IMG/VR virus record: IMGVR_UViG_3300045988_107835
Location: 21,458-85,457 of that record
Length of the DNA stretch: 64,000 bases
Strand: one strand, 5' to 3'
Source: a virus
The translations under genes were made by a program, and so were the position numbers. Below the pieces are notes generated by a model. That model was not told the DNA's origin and ran no database searches. It saw only the letters and a program-made list of their open reading frames with translations. Positions 27,999 through 38,432 of the stretch are shown here, in pieces (within the stretch, counting starts at the first letter, position 1; every line of letters begins with the position of its first letter).

Positions 27999-28169
27999 AT
28001 GAAAGGTAAAAAAGTTGATATTCGTTTAGGCAGAGGTCTGGCGAATCAGATTAAGATAAACAAAACCATCCCAGTGTCTCATAAACCAAAAGAAGAACGT
28101 CGAATGATGTTTGTTTGTGGTGATGATATTGCTTCTCTTATAAAGCGGTTTGAAAATGAATCAAAGTAA
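27999..28169 (+). CDS. small basic protein (56 aa)
   Basis: ORF MKGKKVDIRLGRG... ending 5 nt before a perfect terminator; below the ORF-track cutoff. Confidence 0.35.
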   Translation: MKGKKVDIRLGRGLANQIKINKTIPVSHKPKEERRMMFVCGDDIASLIKRFENESK

Positions 28170-28173
28170 TATA

Positions 28174-28206
28174 AAGTCGGACATGTGTCTTGTCCGACTT
28201 TTTTTA
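28174..28206 (+). terminator. strong rho-independent terminator
   Basis: AAGTCGGACA/TGTCCGACTT perfect 10-bp stem, 7-nt loop, TTTTTT. Confidence 0.7.
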
Positions 28207-28218
28207 TATATTTGTGGC

Positions 28219-28542
28219 ATGGCAAGAGGTTATTATTGGATACCACAAACAGATGAAACGTTAAATGGCAGAAGCTATTACGTGGCTAAGATAGTAGGAG
28301 ATATCACGTTTGATACTAAACGAAAAAGAATCGTATTTCAAGCTGATAGGTATTTCCCTGTAGGATCTGTTTTCCATTTTACGCACAATTGCTTCAATTA
28401 TATTATAACTTGCCGACTTCGTAAGCCGGGGCTTTGGTTTGAAGCCAGGAGAGGGGATTCGGGCCCTATTTGCCCTGAAGATATTGAGCGCTTTGAATCG
28501 GGAAGGTTTATACACCGAGATGGGTACATGCATTACATATAA
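28219..28542 (+). CDS. hypothetical protein (107 aa)
   Basis: ORF 28150-28542 trimmed to ATG 28219 because the upstream part is occupied by the terminator hairpin. Confidence 0.5.
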   Translation: MARGYYWIPQTDETLNGRSYYVAKIVGDITFDTKRKRIVFQADRYFPVGSVFHFTHNCFNYIITCRLRKPGLWFEARRGDSGPICPEDIERFESGRFIHRDGYMHYI

Positions 28543-28684
28543 GCTGAACTTGACGATTTTTCGTCAGATTATAATTTTTTTTCATATTATTTTTAAGCAA
28601 TCGGACTGAGAAGTTAGATTGCTTTATTTTTTATGATATGCTTGATTTTTAACTACCTTTGTCTCATAACAAAAATGTTTTACT

Positions 28685-31600
28685 ATGACATCAACGTGTA
28701 TTATTAAAAGAGATAATAAAAAGAAAGTTGTTTCTGTCTCTACCAGATCAGGGGGCAGGTCTATGTTGTTTGATAAAATAGCATCTATTCCTCTTATGGA
28801 GAACAGAGAACGGGCTACTACTGTTTTTAAAACCGTATTTTCTAATAAGTTCTTAAAGGCTTTTGGCGACTGGAGAAAGAGAGTGCCTATCAACAAACCG
28901 GCTTATAATAAGGTAAAATCCAACATCGATCTTATTCCGGAAGCCTATAGAGAAAGGGTGCTGGATAAGGCTTCTAAGATGAGTAACCCTGTTCTTGTGT
29001 CAAAATCAGATGCACCTTATGAAATCCAAGAATCGGGCTTTGGATTCTACAGCCAAAATCTGGGTGATAATATTATGTTGGTGGATGCTATGGTTCCTTC
29101 AAGTATTTCCGTGCCGGAAGGACCTGGAATAGACGCCGGGCAGTATCTACAAGATGCTATATCTTCGGACTTCACTCCCGTATCTATGGTACAGGATAAG
29201 GGTGTTAATTATATGGTTATAAAAGACGGTCTTAAGATATTTAGCCCAGAAGAGCTACCAGAAACAGATTCTAATCCTGTGGGTGTAACGTATCATACTG
29301 GAGAGCCTCGTTTGTTTTTCATGAACGATCGTAGTCAATTATTTGAAGATTACGGAGAAGCTCTTCGCTCTGGCGGGAATGATATTAGAATAGGATTCTT
29401 ATCAGGAACCGTTCAAGAATCTACCGTGGATGGCGTGGCAGACATTACTTACAAAGCTGGAAAGTATGTTCTTAATAATCCCAAGTCTTTTATACCGGTC
29501 ATGACCGCTTCTGCTTCTACTTCTTTATCAACGAAAGGCGGGATAATTAACTACCTTATAAAGAAAGGTCTTTTGTCAGGATCTAAGATATTCGATTCTG
29601 AAACAAGAAGCTATTATCTTACAGGAGAAGGTTATACAGGACAAATTAGACTTTTCAATTCAGCCTTATCCTACACTGAGCTCCGTAATCATTTTGGTTC
29701 CGATGTTTCCATGAACGACCAAGGTATGATAACCATAAGCTCGTTGGATAACAGTAAGGTAACGATGAGACTCGCCACCGGAGGAACGGAAAGGGTTAGC
29801 AAAGAGCAGATAAAGAACGATCTTAAGTCGGGAAGATACAATGAATTGGACGCCAAGTACGATCATTTTGATGCGCTTGTAGTTTCATTCATATTAGAAG
29901 ACAACGATCTTTACGCTGATACTAAAGCTAAGATCGTATCAGATTATAGCAGGCAGGAACGTGATCAACGAAATTCTATTGTCGAGATACTGAAAACGCT
30001 TGGCGTTAGTGTCATAGGTATGACCGACTATATAGAGAAGTACCAAACCAAATACGGGCACGAACCTTCTGCTAAGGCATTGGCGGATATTGCTAATAAC
30101 GTAATAGCAGTTGGTGAAGATGCTACTTTATCTGATTTAGTAGAAGAAACAGCCCACTTCCTTGTAGAGGCATACAGAGATCAGAATGCTGTTGAGGCTG
30201 TTCTGCAAGATGTGGAAGGTACGGAAGAGTGGAACCAGTATGCAGGTCAGTATTATAATACATACGGTAAAGCGTATGAAGGAGCTGAGCTTGATAATGC
30301 TGTTAGGAGAGAAATTCTTGGAAAGATCCTCGCCAGGGAGATGCAGACCGGCACAGCACAGGCGCCGGTAGAGCCCACCTCCTTCCTGGGGCGCGTCCGG
30401 CGGCTTTTCTCTGGAATAGTAAGCTGGCTTAAATCAGCTTTATCAACCCAAAGACAAGATTTGAATAACGTTATTAAAAACATTCGTGATCTTGCCATTA
30501 CTGACATAGATAAAGGATTTGACACCTCTCTGTTAAAGGATAATGACTTTACATTATACTCCCTTTCTTCTATGAACAAGAACAAGTTTCTTGAGTCTAA
30601 GATCCTGGCATTAAGGAAAACATTAAGAGACTTACGTCAGATAAGCTCTGATAGGGCTGTAACTACGTCTATGACCCTTGCGCAGCTTAAGACCATAGAA
30701 GATAAGATAAATAAAGTAGAGACCGAAATAGACAAGAATGAGATGGCGGCTGCCATGAACAGCATGATCTCTACAGCCGAAGCTCAGGTCAGATACTTAA
30801 GCAATGTGGTGAACACCATCCTTCATGGTGATACCAAAGACGGCAAGCTTCACTTCAATACCAATGATCGAAAGAACGTAGATATTATCAACAATCAGGT
30901 TCTTCCGATCATGAACGATCTTCGAGGATATATCCGTAACAGAAGTACCGAATTTGATGAACGTGAAAAGCAGGATTATACAAATAGGATCAATACCGTC
31001 ATTGCCGACATCAATGGTATTCAGTCTGATATTAAATCAGTACAAGACCTTGATGAAAGTACGTTGCTTGATAAGTTAATGAACGAACTTCATGTGCCGG
31101 CAGATAAGGTAAAGAGAGTAAAAGAATTTTTCGACAAGGTTCAACACGATGTTTCTTGGATAAGTAGGTGGTTTGGTATATTAGAGCATTCTTCCAGTCC
31201 GTTCAATAACGCTCTTGGAGCTATGATTGCCAAAGACAATTACAATGCGATGGTGAATGCCCAGCCCGCCATATCCGACTTCCTGGCATATGCTAAAAAG
31301 CATGGTTTTAACAAATCTGAATTTGAAAAACTGCTTCAGAAAGTAGACGGCAAAACTTCTAATTACCTTCGTAGTGCTCTTGATATGGCTAAATACGATC
31401 GTAATAAGAAGCTGGCGCAGATGCGAGCGTTTGCGACTGCCATGAACATAGAGGTATCAGAAGAAGAAATTGGTGATGTGGTTGACAATAACCGTAATTA
31501 CGTATTTAAAAGAGAAGTAGTTGACAAGGATGGAAATACGGTTACTGAAAACGCTAAATTCAAACCATCGTCTGATAGAGTTAATACCGATATTTTTACC

Positions 31601-34600
31601 ATCGAGCAGGAAAAGATTTATACAGAACAGATGGAAAAGTGGGATGCTGAAAATTCGGAACTGGAATTTAGCGAAAGTTATGCCACAAGAATGGAATCCA
31701 TATACAAAAAGGCTGAAGAAGAATTAGGGTATCCGGTTTCTCAAACAACCAAAGAATACCTTAATGCCTTATCCCGGCAAAAACGGATATTGAGGCAGCC
31801 TTTTATTGATAGCGGTGGTAATTTTGATGAGGTTGCCTACTATAAGAGTAGTAACTACGAAGAAGAAGGGCTGCTTCGTAAACAACGTAAGGAGGCAGCT
31901 TCGGAATACATATATGTAGGAACCAGGAGAGTGGAAAAAACCGGCGACCAACTTAAGATGGCCAAAGAAATACAAGCCATAAATGAAGTTTGGAGAAAAG
32001 AATCAAATAATGCCACTAATGCCGTATCAGAATCGTTTTTGCAAAAATTAAGAACGATTCAGAGCGAGTCTGGAGGAGAAGCTGCGCTGAAGACGCTTAT
32101 GTTGGGGGGTCACCTGTCATTCAACGATCGGTTTTGGAATGACGTAGAATCGGAACAGTCGGCGCGTACCGAATCAAATAACAAGGCTTCGTATCTTAAA
32201 ATGGCGCATGATATCATTAGTTCTACGACAAGTGATAGAGATGCGACTGACGTGGACTCGATTGTAAAAGATATAGAAAAAAATAAGGCCATTATCAAGG
32301 AAATAATCGGAAACAATCGCGATGTGGCTGATATCGGAGAAATCAATGAAGCGACATTTACCTCATCTGAAAGAGATGCTTTTAGGGCCGCATCTGAAGC
32401 TATTGAAGCCGATTACGCTATTTTGATAGATTATGCTAAGATGGTGGGTCTTGAAGATATTGATAAGTACCTTACTAAAAGCAGTAAGGCTGAAAACGAA
32501 GTAAATCAGTCTTATTTAAATGCTCTTGCTGACTCTAAGGAAATTGAATGGCAGTTTGCACAGCGTCATACTACTGCCAAAAAAGCCAAAAGGATTCAGG
32601 CTCTTAGAGATAAGTTATTCATGGCTCAAGATAACAGGTATATGTTTACCGTCTCTGAAACCAACTACTTGTCAGAAAAATTGGGAATAGATAAAAAGCT
32701 AGATCGTAGAGATTTTAAGAATGCGGTTAGAGCCAAGATGTCTGACATATTTGGACACGATAACGGAGTAGCTGAAGTGAACGATATCGTTAATGAATTT
32801 GCCAGGAGCCAGGTCTTTTCGTACTATAAACGCATGGCGCCTACCGGATATGCGGCTATGATCGACAAAATCGGTCGAGGTGAGATAGATGTGGCGCAGA
32901 TGGTTAAGGACGTACAAAACGGTACATCCACCCAAGATTATGGCATGGACATATCGTACCTGTCTTTCGATCCTGCAAGGGCATGGGTGGCTGAATCTGA
33001 AGCCGAAAATAGCGGCCGTAATCCTGATTATGTAAAAGATCATGGGTATGGTCATCGCATGCCTAAGAAAAGCCTGTATCGTGATGAATCGTATTTCAAT
33101 GACTTTGGTATCAAGTATGATGCTGACGGTAATGAGGTTGCTACTAAAAACGTAGAGCAGTGGAATATGATTCAAAAACTCAAGGAAATAAAAAGACAAT
33201 CCCTTGATCTATACAAAGAGCAGAGTCCCAATTTGTATGCTATTCCACAGATATCAAAACAAGACATAGAACGTATGGAAGGATTGGGTATTAACTTCAA
33301 AAATACGGTTCGTAATTTCGTATCAGATCTGTGCCTGGACAGAGTAGACGATTCTCTATATGGTAAGACCAGGCAAGGGGAAGTATATGATCCGGAAGAC
33401 AGACTTAGGTCTATACCTAAATACTACATATATGAGTTGGAGAACCAAGATGATGTATCTCACGATTTTGGCTACTCTTATTCGATGCTTATGATGCAGT
33501 CATCGTTATACAACGAAAAGCAGAAATCTATAGAGCTTGCCCAAGGACTGGAGCAGATGTTGCTGAATAAGCAATTTGAAGGCGGTAAGAAAGCTGAAGC
33601 GACTCAAGCATATCAGATGTTTAGAGACTTCTTCAACGATCATTATTATGGCATTAGGATGAACACCAAAAAACTTACGGTGAACATCGGAGGATATACG
33701 GTAGACCTTACAAGAATTATGATGGCTGTTGAAAGGTTTATGTCGGTCATGAACTTGGCACTGTCTCCGTTTGTGGCAGCTACCGGCGCCCTTACCGGCC
33801 ATATCAACCTCATCATGGAATCAGCCGTAGGACAGTATATAAGCAAAGACTCCCTTAAATACGCATCGGCTGAGTTTTCACGCCTTGCGCCATCTTGTAT
33901 AGCAGAAACCGGAGACATAGATAGGAAAAGCAAATTATATGTCATAGGTGAGAGAATGGGTATTTTCAACATACGAAACAGAATGTATGGTGCCGGATAC
34001 AATAGAGTGGCCAGGACCTTAATGCGTTCGCCTATGTATGCTTTTATGGAAATCCTGAACTACCCTCTTGATCCGCAGGTTATGATTGCTACTATGGACA
34101 ATGTTCGTTATTACAAAGGCCGGTTCTACACGTTCCAAGATTTCAAGATGGAAAAAGAACGCAATAAAGAACAGAGTACCATAAAAAGAGAATGGAACGC
34201 ATTAAAAGATCGTACTTTATGGAGTATGGTAGACGTCGTGGATGGGAAGGTGGTTGTAAAGCCAGGATCGGGTGTTACTGTTGAGGAAGTAGAAACCCAG
34301 ATGGCTATAACCAGAAATCAAGTTCGTAGCTTGTCGCAGATATGCAACGGATCTTTGAATGAAGAAAACCGAACTGCCGCATCGCGCAACTGGATAGCCA
34401 GGTTCATGACCGCCCACCGAGGATGGTTGGTGCTGTCGGCTCAACGTCTGTGGAAAAGACGTGGCTTCAATTTCCAGACAATGCAAGAAGAGGAAGGGTT
34501 GTCAATTACGTTAAAGAATATGATAGCCAAAACATTTAGCCTGGCTTCCGAGTCTGGTATGAAAAACATCATAGATGCCTGGAATGAAAATAAAGACAAT

Positions 34601-35098
34601 ATGAATGAGGTAGAAAAAACCAATCTCAAACGTCTCAGTGTCTATGCCGGCACGTTCCTTATCATGCAGGCCGTATCTATGCTTCTTGCCGGATGGCGTG
34701 ATGATGATGAAAACGAAGAAAGTTGGCTTACTCAATTTGGATCCTATGTCGGATTCAGAACCATAAACGAAATAGCTTCACAGATGCCGTTTATTATGGA
34801 GCTTAACGTGGTAGATATCATTAACGATCCGTTTGTTATGGGGCGAAAACTGAAGGATCTTACCGATCTTAGGAATTATTCACTTGATAAAGTAACATCC
34901 GGTACATACAAGGGAGAGTCTAAGTTATTTAGGCAACTCGCCAAACAGACGTTTATCAAACAATGGTATAATATCAAGACGCCGGAAGACGTAGCGCGCG
35001 CCTATAATTGGTGGCAGCAGACGAACAACAAGTCAATGATGTTCTTCATCGGCGCTACCCCTGATTCGGAAGGGGACGATGATGTTAGCTACAAGTAG
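28685..35098 (+). CDS. giant virion protein (2137 aa); candidate ejected/cargo protein or virion RNA polymerase subunit
   Basis: Uninterrupted 6.4-kb ORF; long alpha-helical/coiled-coil central region; no catalytic motif identified. Confidence 0.65.
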   Translation: MTSTCIIKRDNKKKVVSVSTRSGGRSMLFDKIASIPLMENRERATTVFKTVFSNKFLKAFGDWRKRVPINKPAYNKVKSNIDLIPEAYRERVLDKASKMSNPVLVSKSDAPYEIQESGFGFYSQNLGDNIMLVDAMVPSSISVPEGPGIDAGQYLQDAISSDFTPVSMVQDKGVNYMVIKDGLKIFSPEELPETDSNPVGVTYHTGEPRLFFMNDRSQLFEDYGEALRSGGNDIRIGFLSGTVQESTVDGVADITYKAGKYVLNNPKSFIPVMTASASTSLSTKGGIINYLIKKGLLSGSKIFDSETRSYYLTGEGYTGQIRLFNSALSYTELRNHFGSDVSMNDQGMITISSLDNSKVTMRLATGGTERVSKEQIKNDLKSGRYNELDAKYDHFDALVVSFILEDNDLYADTKAKIVSDYSRQERDQRNSIVEILKTLGVSVIGMTDYIEKYQTKYGHEPSAKALADIANNVIAVGEDATLSDLVEETAHFLVEAYRDQNAVEAVLQDVEGTEEWNQYAGQYYNTYGKAYEGAELDNAVRREILGKILAREMQTGTAQAPVEPTSFLGRVRRLFSGIVSWLKSALSTQRQDLNNVIKNIRDLAITDIDKGFDTSLLKDNDFTLYSLSSMNKNKFLESKILALRKTLRDLRQISSDRAVTTSMTLAQLKTIEDKINKVETEIDKNEMAAAMNSMISTAEAQVRYLSNVVNTILHGDTKDGKLHFNTNDRKNVDIINNQVLPIMNDLRGYIRNRSTEFDEREKQDYTNRINTVIADINGIQSDIKSVQDLDESTLLDKLMNELHVPADKVKRVKEFFDKVQHDVSWISRWFGILEHSSSPFNNALGAMIAKDNYNAMVNAQPAISDFLAYAKKHGFNKSEFEKLLQKVDGKTSNYLRSALDMAKYDRNKKLAQMRAFATAMNIEVSEEEIGDVVDNNRNYVFKREVVDKDGNTVTENAKFKPSSDRVNTDIFTIEQEKIYTEQMEKWDAENSELEFSESYATRMESIYKKAEEELGYPVSQTTKEYLNALSRQKRILRQPFIDSGGNFDEVAYYKSSNYEEEGLLRKQRKEAASEYIYVGTRRVEKTGDQLKMAKEIQAINEVWRKESNNATNAVSESFLQKLRTIQSESGGEAALKTLMLGGHLSFNDRFWNDVESEQSARTESNNKASYLKMAHDIISSTTSDRDATDVDSIVKDIEKNKAIIKEIIGNNRDVADIGEINEATFTSSERDAFRAASEAIEADYAILIDYAKMVGLEDIDKYLTKSSKAENEVNQSYLNALADSKEIEWQFAQRHTTAKKAKRIQALRDKLFMAQDNRYMFTVSETNYLSEKLGIDKKLDRRDFKNAVRAKMSDIFGHDNGVAEVNDIVNEFARSQVFSYYKRMAPTGYAAMIDKIGRGEIDVAQMVKDVQNGTSTQDYGMDISYLSFDPARAWVAESEAENSGRNPDYVKDHGYGHRMPKKSLYRDESYFNDFGIKYDADGNEVATKNVEQWNMIQKLKEIKRQSLDLYKEQSPNLYAIPQISKQDIERMEGLGINFKNTVRNFVSDLCLDRVDDSLYGKTRQGEVYDPEDRLRSIPKYYIYELENQDDVSHDFGYSYSMLMMQSSLYNEKQKSIELAQGLEQMLLNKQFEGGKKAEATQAYQMFRDFFNDHYYGIRMNTKKLTVNIGGYTVDLTRIMMAVERFMSVMNLALSPFVAATGALTGHINLIMESAVGQYISKDSLKYASAEFSRLAPSCIAETGDIDRKSKLYVIGERMGIFNIRNRMYGAGYNRVARTLMRSPMYAFMEILNYPLDPQVMIATMDNVRYYKGRFYTFQDFKMEKERNKEQSTIKREWNALKDRTLWSMVDVVDGKVVVKPGSGVTVEEVETQMAITRNQVRSLSQICNGSLNEENRTAASRNWIARFMTAHRGWLVLSAQRLWKRRGFNFQTMQEEEGLSITLKNMIAKTFSLASESGMKNIIDAWNENKDNMNEVEKTNLKRLSVYAGTFLIMQAVSMLLAGWRDDDENEESWLTQFGSYVGFRTINEIASQMPFIMELNVVDIINDPFVMGRKLKDLTDLRNYSLDKVTSGTYKGESKLFRQLAKQTFIKQWYNIKTPEDVARAYNWWQQTNNKSMMFFIGATPDSEGDDDVSYK

Positions 35099-35235
35099 AC
35101 GAAGAATATCGGACTTGCATTGTTTTTGTATGATTCCAATATGTTATATTAGCATCGTCAAGGAGTAGATTGTACGTTTTTTGTTCTTACTTGAAAGATT
35201 ATGTAGGTTTAATTTTTTCTGAAATTGTTTTCTTA

Positions 35236-35278
35236 CCGGTTCTCAGTCAGAGATGATAGGGAACCGGCTTCTTTTATG
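35236..35278 (+). terminator. candidate terminator after giant gene
   Basis: CCGGTTC/GAACCGG stem, 18-nt loop, CTTCTTTTAT tail. Confidence 0.35.
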
Positions 35279-35312
35279 TCGTCAATTATTGCTATCTTGC
35301 AAACAAAAAATC

Positions 35313-35930
35313 ATGAGACGAAGATTTCAAATAGGGATGGGGGTAAATCCCTCGCTTATAATCAATAAAGGCATATACATCCAACATGTAGATGGAGGAT
35401 TATATACAAAAGAAAATTGGTCTAATAAAGGATATTCCAATGATCTATGCAATGGAATAGCTCTTGTAGATAAAGTGTGTTTTGTTATAGCCACCGAATA
35501 TATTGGCACATTTCGTTGGGGTAAGGATGGAGTAATAGACAATGCATTTGCACAAAATAGTTCTTATATGGAAACCGTTAAAAAGGATTATTGGGGGCGT
35601 GAAAATCAGAATGCGTATCTTGAATATGATACCAGTAATGGAAATTACGCTTTTAATAAAGCTAATAGCTATTTATTTAAAAATGGTCAAAATGGATATG
35701 TAGGTGGCGCCGGAGGGTTTTTTTTGATATCATTGTATGCGAATGAAATAAACGAATGCCTTTTAATGGTAGGAGGTACGATAATAAGTAATAAAATGTG
35801 GACATCCACTCAATCTACACAATTTACCTATTCGTGGTATTATGATATAAACATCCAAGGAGATCATTTGAGTACAAGTACAAGGAGTAATCCACGTTAT
35901 GTCCGTCCTTTTACTGAATTAATTTTATGA
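35313..35930 (+). CDS. fibre/receptor-binding-like protein, MRRRF N-terminus
   Basis: ORF 35253-35930 trimmed to ATG 35313; Gly/Asn/Tyr-rich. Confidence 0.5.
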   Translation: MRRRFQIGMGVNPSLIINKGIYIQHVDGGLYTKENWSNKGYSNDLCNGIALVDKVCFVIATEYIGTFRWGKDGVIDNAFAQNSSYMETVKKDYWGRENQNAYLEYDTSNGNYAFNKANSYLFKNGQNGYVGGAGGFFLISLYANEINECLLMVGGTIISNKMWTSTQSTQFTYSWYYDINIQGDHLSTSTRSNPRYVRPFTELIL

Positions 35931-35934
35931 AATT

Positions 35935-36672
35935 ATGAGAAGAAGATATCAAAATAATGCTAAACTATATGAGTATAAGATAGTTAGTAACTGTATAGGG
36001 GGGGGGTGTTATGTAAATAATGAACTTATCGGAACCGTCCCTGATGGTGGTGAGCTTATATACCAATCTTCTAAAAAACGGTTGGATACTGTGTATATTC
36101 GAGGAGGTGTTCCAATGGAAGATAGGCAAGAGATCGATAGTCAGGTTGATACGACAAAGGAATTGCTTGAACGGGATTCGGTGGTTCTTACTATTGCTTT
36201 AACAACCTCTCCTCATTATGGATTTAGAGTAAGTGTAATAGCTCCTGATGAGTTTACGCTAAGAACAACCAATAGGATTAATAGAACCCTTTTAATAACA
36301 AGCTTTACTCCACCTGCTGCTATATACGGTGTAAACTTTGGTGATCCTATTGTCCTTAATTATGATAGTTACCAACATAAGATGCCAGATTTTGTAATTG
36401 ATGGACCTCATGATAGAATAGTTAGGGCAGATCCTAATCTTGCTTGGGCTGTAAGCTGTGCAGATGCCGACTTTACACCTTTGCCATATCCAGAATCATG
36501 GTTTGGCCAAGGTTTAAATTCTGTGTTCTTACCAGAAATGACACATCCTGCTCCTGGTGATCACCATGTATCATATACAGCTTATATTTATTTGGACTTG
36601 ATAGATGATGGCGGAAGTAAAGTTCATACTGAATATCTGATATTAAAAAAAACACTTAATTTTACGATATGA
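35935..36672 (+). CDS. fibre/receptor-binding-like protein, MRRRY N-terminus
   Basis: 245 aa; starts 5 nt after the previous stop; same N-terminal motif as 22081 and 35313. Confidence 0.5.
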   Translation: MRRRYQNNAKLYEYKIVSNCIGGGCYVNNELIGTVPDGGELIYQSSKKRLDTVYIRGGVPMEDRQEIDSQVDTTKELLERDSVVLTIALTTSPHYGFRVSVIAPDEFTLRTTNRINRTLLITSFTPPAAIYGVNFGDPIVLNYDSYQHKMPDFVIDGPHDRIVRADPNLAWAVSCADADFTPLPYPESWFGQGLNSVFLPEMTHPAPGDHHVSYTAYIYLDLIDDGGSKVHTEYLILKKTLNFTI

Positions 36673-36718
36673 CAACAATCCCCAACCGTACGCCTATTGT
36701 ATGGTTGGGGATTGTTGT
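36672..36718. terminator. bidirectional terminator between the convergent late (+) and early (-) modules
   Basis: Perfect 16-bp inverted repeat ACAACAATCCCCAACC / GGTTGGGGATTGTTGT with 15-nt loop between opposing gene ends. Confidence 0.55.
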
Positions 36719-36761
36719 AGTTACCATCTTTTCTTGTATAAGCAGAACATGAAATAAGTTT

Positions 36762-37250
36762 CTAAGCATTAACTTCATGACCTTCCCTATCTGTGAAAAC
36801 CAAACCAACACCTTCTATGATATGTCCTACTACAGGAGCTTTGTCAAATTCCTCCTTCGTAGCCCAAGTAGCATTATCAGGCATCAGATCCTTAAATGCA
36901 TCCGAAACATCACCTTGGCACCAGCAGTTATTTGATGTAACAATACCCTTCCCTTCGATATTGATATACATTTTTCTTCCACCACATCCAAGGCTATTCC
37001 ATCCTCTTGGCACGTTTTCCACCATAGGCTTAAGCACCCAGCTTACACCGTCTATCCTAACCCATCCAGGATCGCCTTTGTGCTTGTCGTACAAGTTTTG
37101 CCAAAAAGAGCATTCGTAGCACCATCCCCTGTCTTCCATGACAGTTCTTATCTCACTCCTTTCAAATCCATCTGCATCCATCGTGTGCGGAGAATGAGGC
37201 TGGTGAGGGGTGCCACATTTTGGACATACGAGTTTTAAATTATTTTCCAT
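36762..37250 (-). CDS. Cys/Trp-rich hypothetical protein
   Basis: 162 aa; CPKCG and several Cys/His, possible Zn binding. Confidence 0.5.
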   Translation of the reverse strand: MENNLKLVCPKCGTPHQPHSPHTMDADGFERSEIRTVMEDRGWCYECSFWQNLYDKHKGDPGWVRIDGVSWVLKPMVENVPRGWNSLGCGGRKMYINIEGKGIVTSNNCWCQGDVSDAFKDLMPDNATWATKEEFDKAPVVGHIIEGVGLVFTDREGHEVNA

Positions 37251-37276
37251 ATTATTTCACTTTTACGATCTTTAAC

Positions 37277-37303
37277 AAAGCCCCTGCTTTTAAGCAGGGG
37301 ATC
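37277..37303 (-). terminator. candidate terminator hairpin
   Basis: CCCCTGC/GCAGGGG stem, 6-nt loop, between genes 37318 and 36762-37250. Confidence 0.35.
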
Positions 37304-37317
37304 AATGATTCTTTTAT

Positions 37318-37515
37318 TCATATATGTATTTTTTTTAATAAATATACTTCGGAAGGGCATTTCCGAATTGGAGAGCAAAAGTAATTCCAGCGATAGTAAT
37401 GTCGGGAATTATCGGATTCTGCACTACACCAATATGGATATTTTATAGGCCATTTGACTGGACGGTAGTCGTTGTCGCAGTCGGATTTTTTAATGTAAAA
37501 TCTTGCTCTAATCAT
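37318..37515 (-). CDS. small hypothetical protein
   Basis: 65-aa ORF in the tightly packed minus-strand operon. Confidence 0.35.
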   Translation of the reverse strand: MIRARFYIKKSDCDNDYRPVKWPIKYPYWCSAESDNSRHYYRWNYFCSPIRKCPSEVYLLKKIHI

Positions 37516-37522
37516 ATCGTTA

Positions 37523-37834
37523 TTAATTTAATAATTTTTCTATTTTAATTGATTTTGATGATAGATACATATTCCATGTTCCTCTGCCTCTATCACCTTT
37601 TTCGTTTTGTTTTTGGATTGTCAAGTACAGATCTCCGTCTTCACATACTTCAACTTTTTTCAAGAAGCCTATCATTTCATCTCCTGCTTCGTGTAAAATA
37701 CGGATCTTATCTCCTTCTTTTAACCCATAATTGGAATCAAAGTATTCTTTTTTGATTCTATCAATATTGTCTTTATGGTTTTTTATAGCATAAAGCTCTT
37801 TTCTTAATAAATAATTTAGTTGTTCTATTGTCAT
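37523..37834 (-). CDS. hypothetical protein
   Basis: 103 aa; AAGGAGG RBS upstream. Confidence 0.5.
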   Translation of the reverse strand: MTIEQLNYLLRKELYAIKNHKDNIDRIKKEYFDSNYGLKEGDKIRILHEAGDEMIGFLKKVEVCEDGDLYLTIQKQNEKGDRGRGTWNMYLSSKSIKIEKLLN

Positions 37835-38388
37835 TTCTTTTCCTCCTTATTTAATGGCATTAACCCTTTTCCGTGCTTGTCATACCACAGCATAGCTATG
37901 CAGTTCCATGCACATTGTGCAAGATGAAAACATCCTGTATCGGAATCCACTCTTTCCCCTTTCATGTATTCCATTAGGTGTCGAAACATCGCAGCACGGT
38001 ACCGTTCAATGCCATTGTCAAGATTCTGCCAAGTATTAGGACCGTACTTTTTGGCTCCGGCATGATAGACTTTTACAATGTCCTCAATTTCTTCCATCGG
38101 AAGCAAATCCCATCGTAGTTTATCGTCAATGATGTCATTTTTCACCGATTTGTTTTCTCTGGATACTTTGACAGGAATAATACCCATAATGTCCGTTCCT
38201 ACGATAAACGTCTCTCCATTGCAACAAACCTCCGCATATTCATCATCTACCTCTATGTCTGATACTGCCTCCACTATAGCTCCTCTGGCTATTTCTAATT
38301 CGGAACTGATTACATCACTTTCCAACATGCGAAAAATAGATCCTTTTGGATAAAGGATGTTTTTAGTATTATTGTCCATCTTTTCCAT
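37831..38388 (-). CDS. conserved phage protein, DUF5664-like (dNTP pyrophosphohydrolase N-terminal-like) domain
   Basis: WDLLP...VKVYHAGAKKYGPNTW...RYRAAMFRHL pattern; naming is from memory of the family signature only. Confidence 0.35.
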   Translation of the reverse strand: MEKMDNNTKNILYPKGSIFRMLESDVISSELEIARGAIVEAVSDIEVDDEYAEVCCNGETFIVGTDIMGIIPVKVSRENKSVKNDIIDDKLRWDLLPMEEIEDIVKVYHAGAKKYGPNTWQNLDNGIERYRAAMFRHLMEYMKGERVDSDTGCFHLAQCAWNCIAMLWYDKHGKGLMPLNKEEKK

Positions 38389-38432
38389 TGTTTTATCGTT
38401 GTTTTAATCGCTTGATATAATAATATAATCCA

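Noticed and set aside
9530-28542. ORF-track starts at 9530 (GTG), 22072, 22681 (TTG), 25645 (TTG), 26445, 28150 and 35253
   Set aside because: Upstream extensions would run through promoter boxes or terminator hairpins, or begin with rare start codons. The first internal ATG was preferred in each case.
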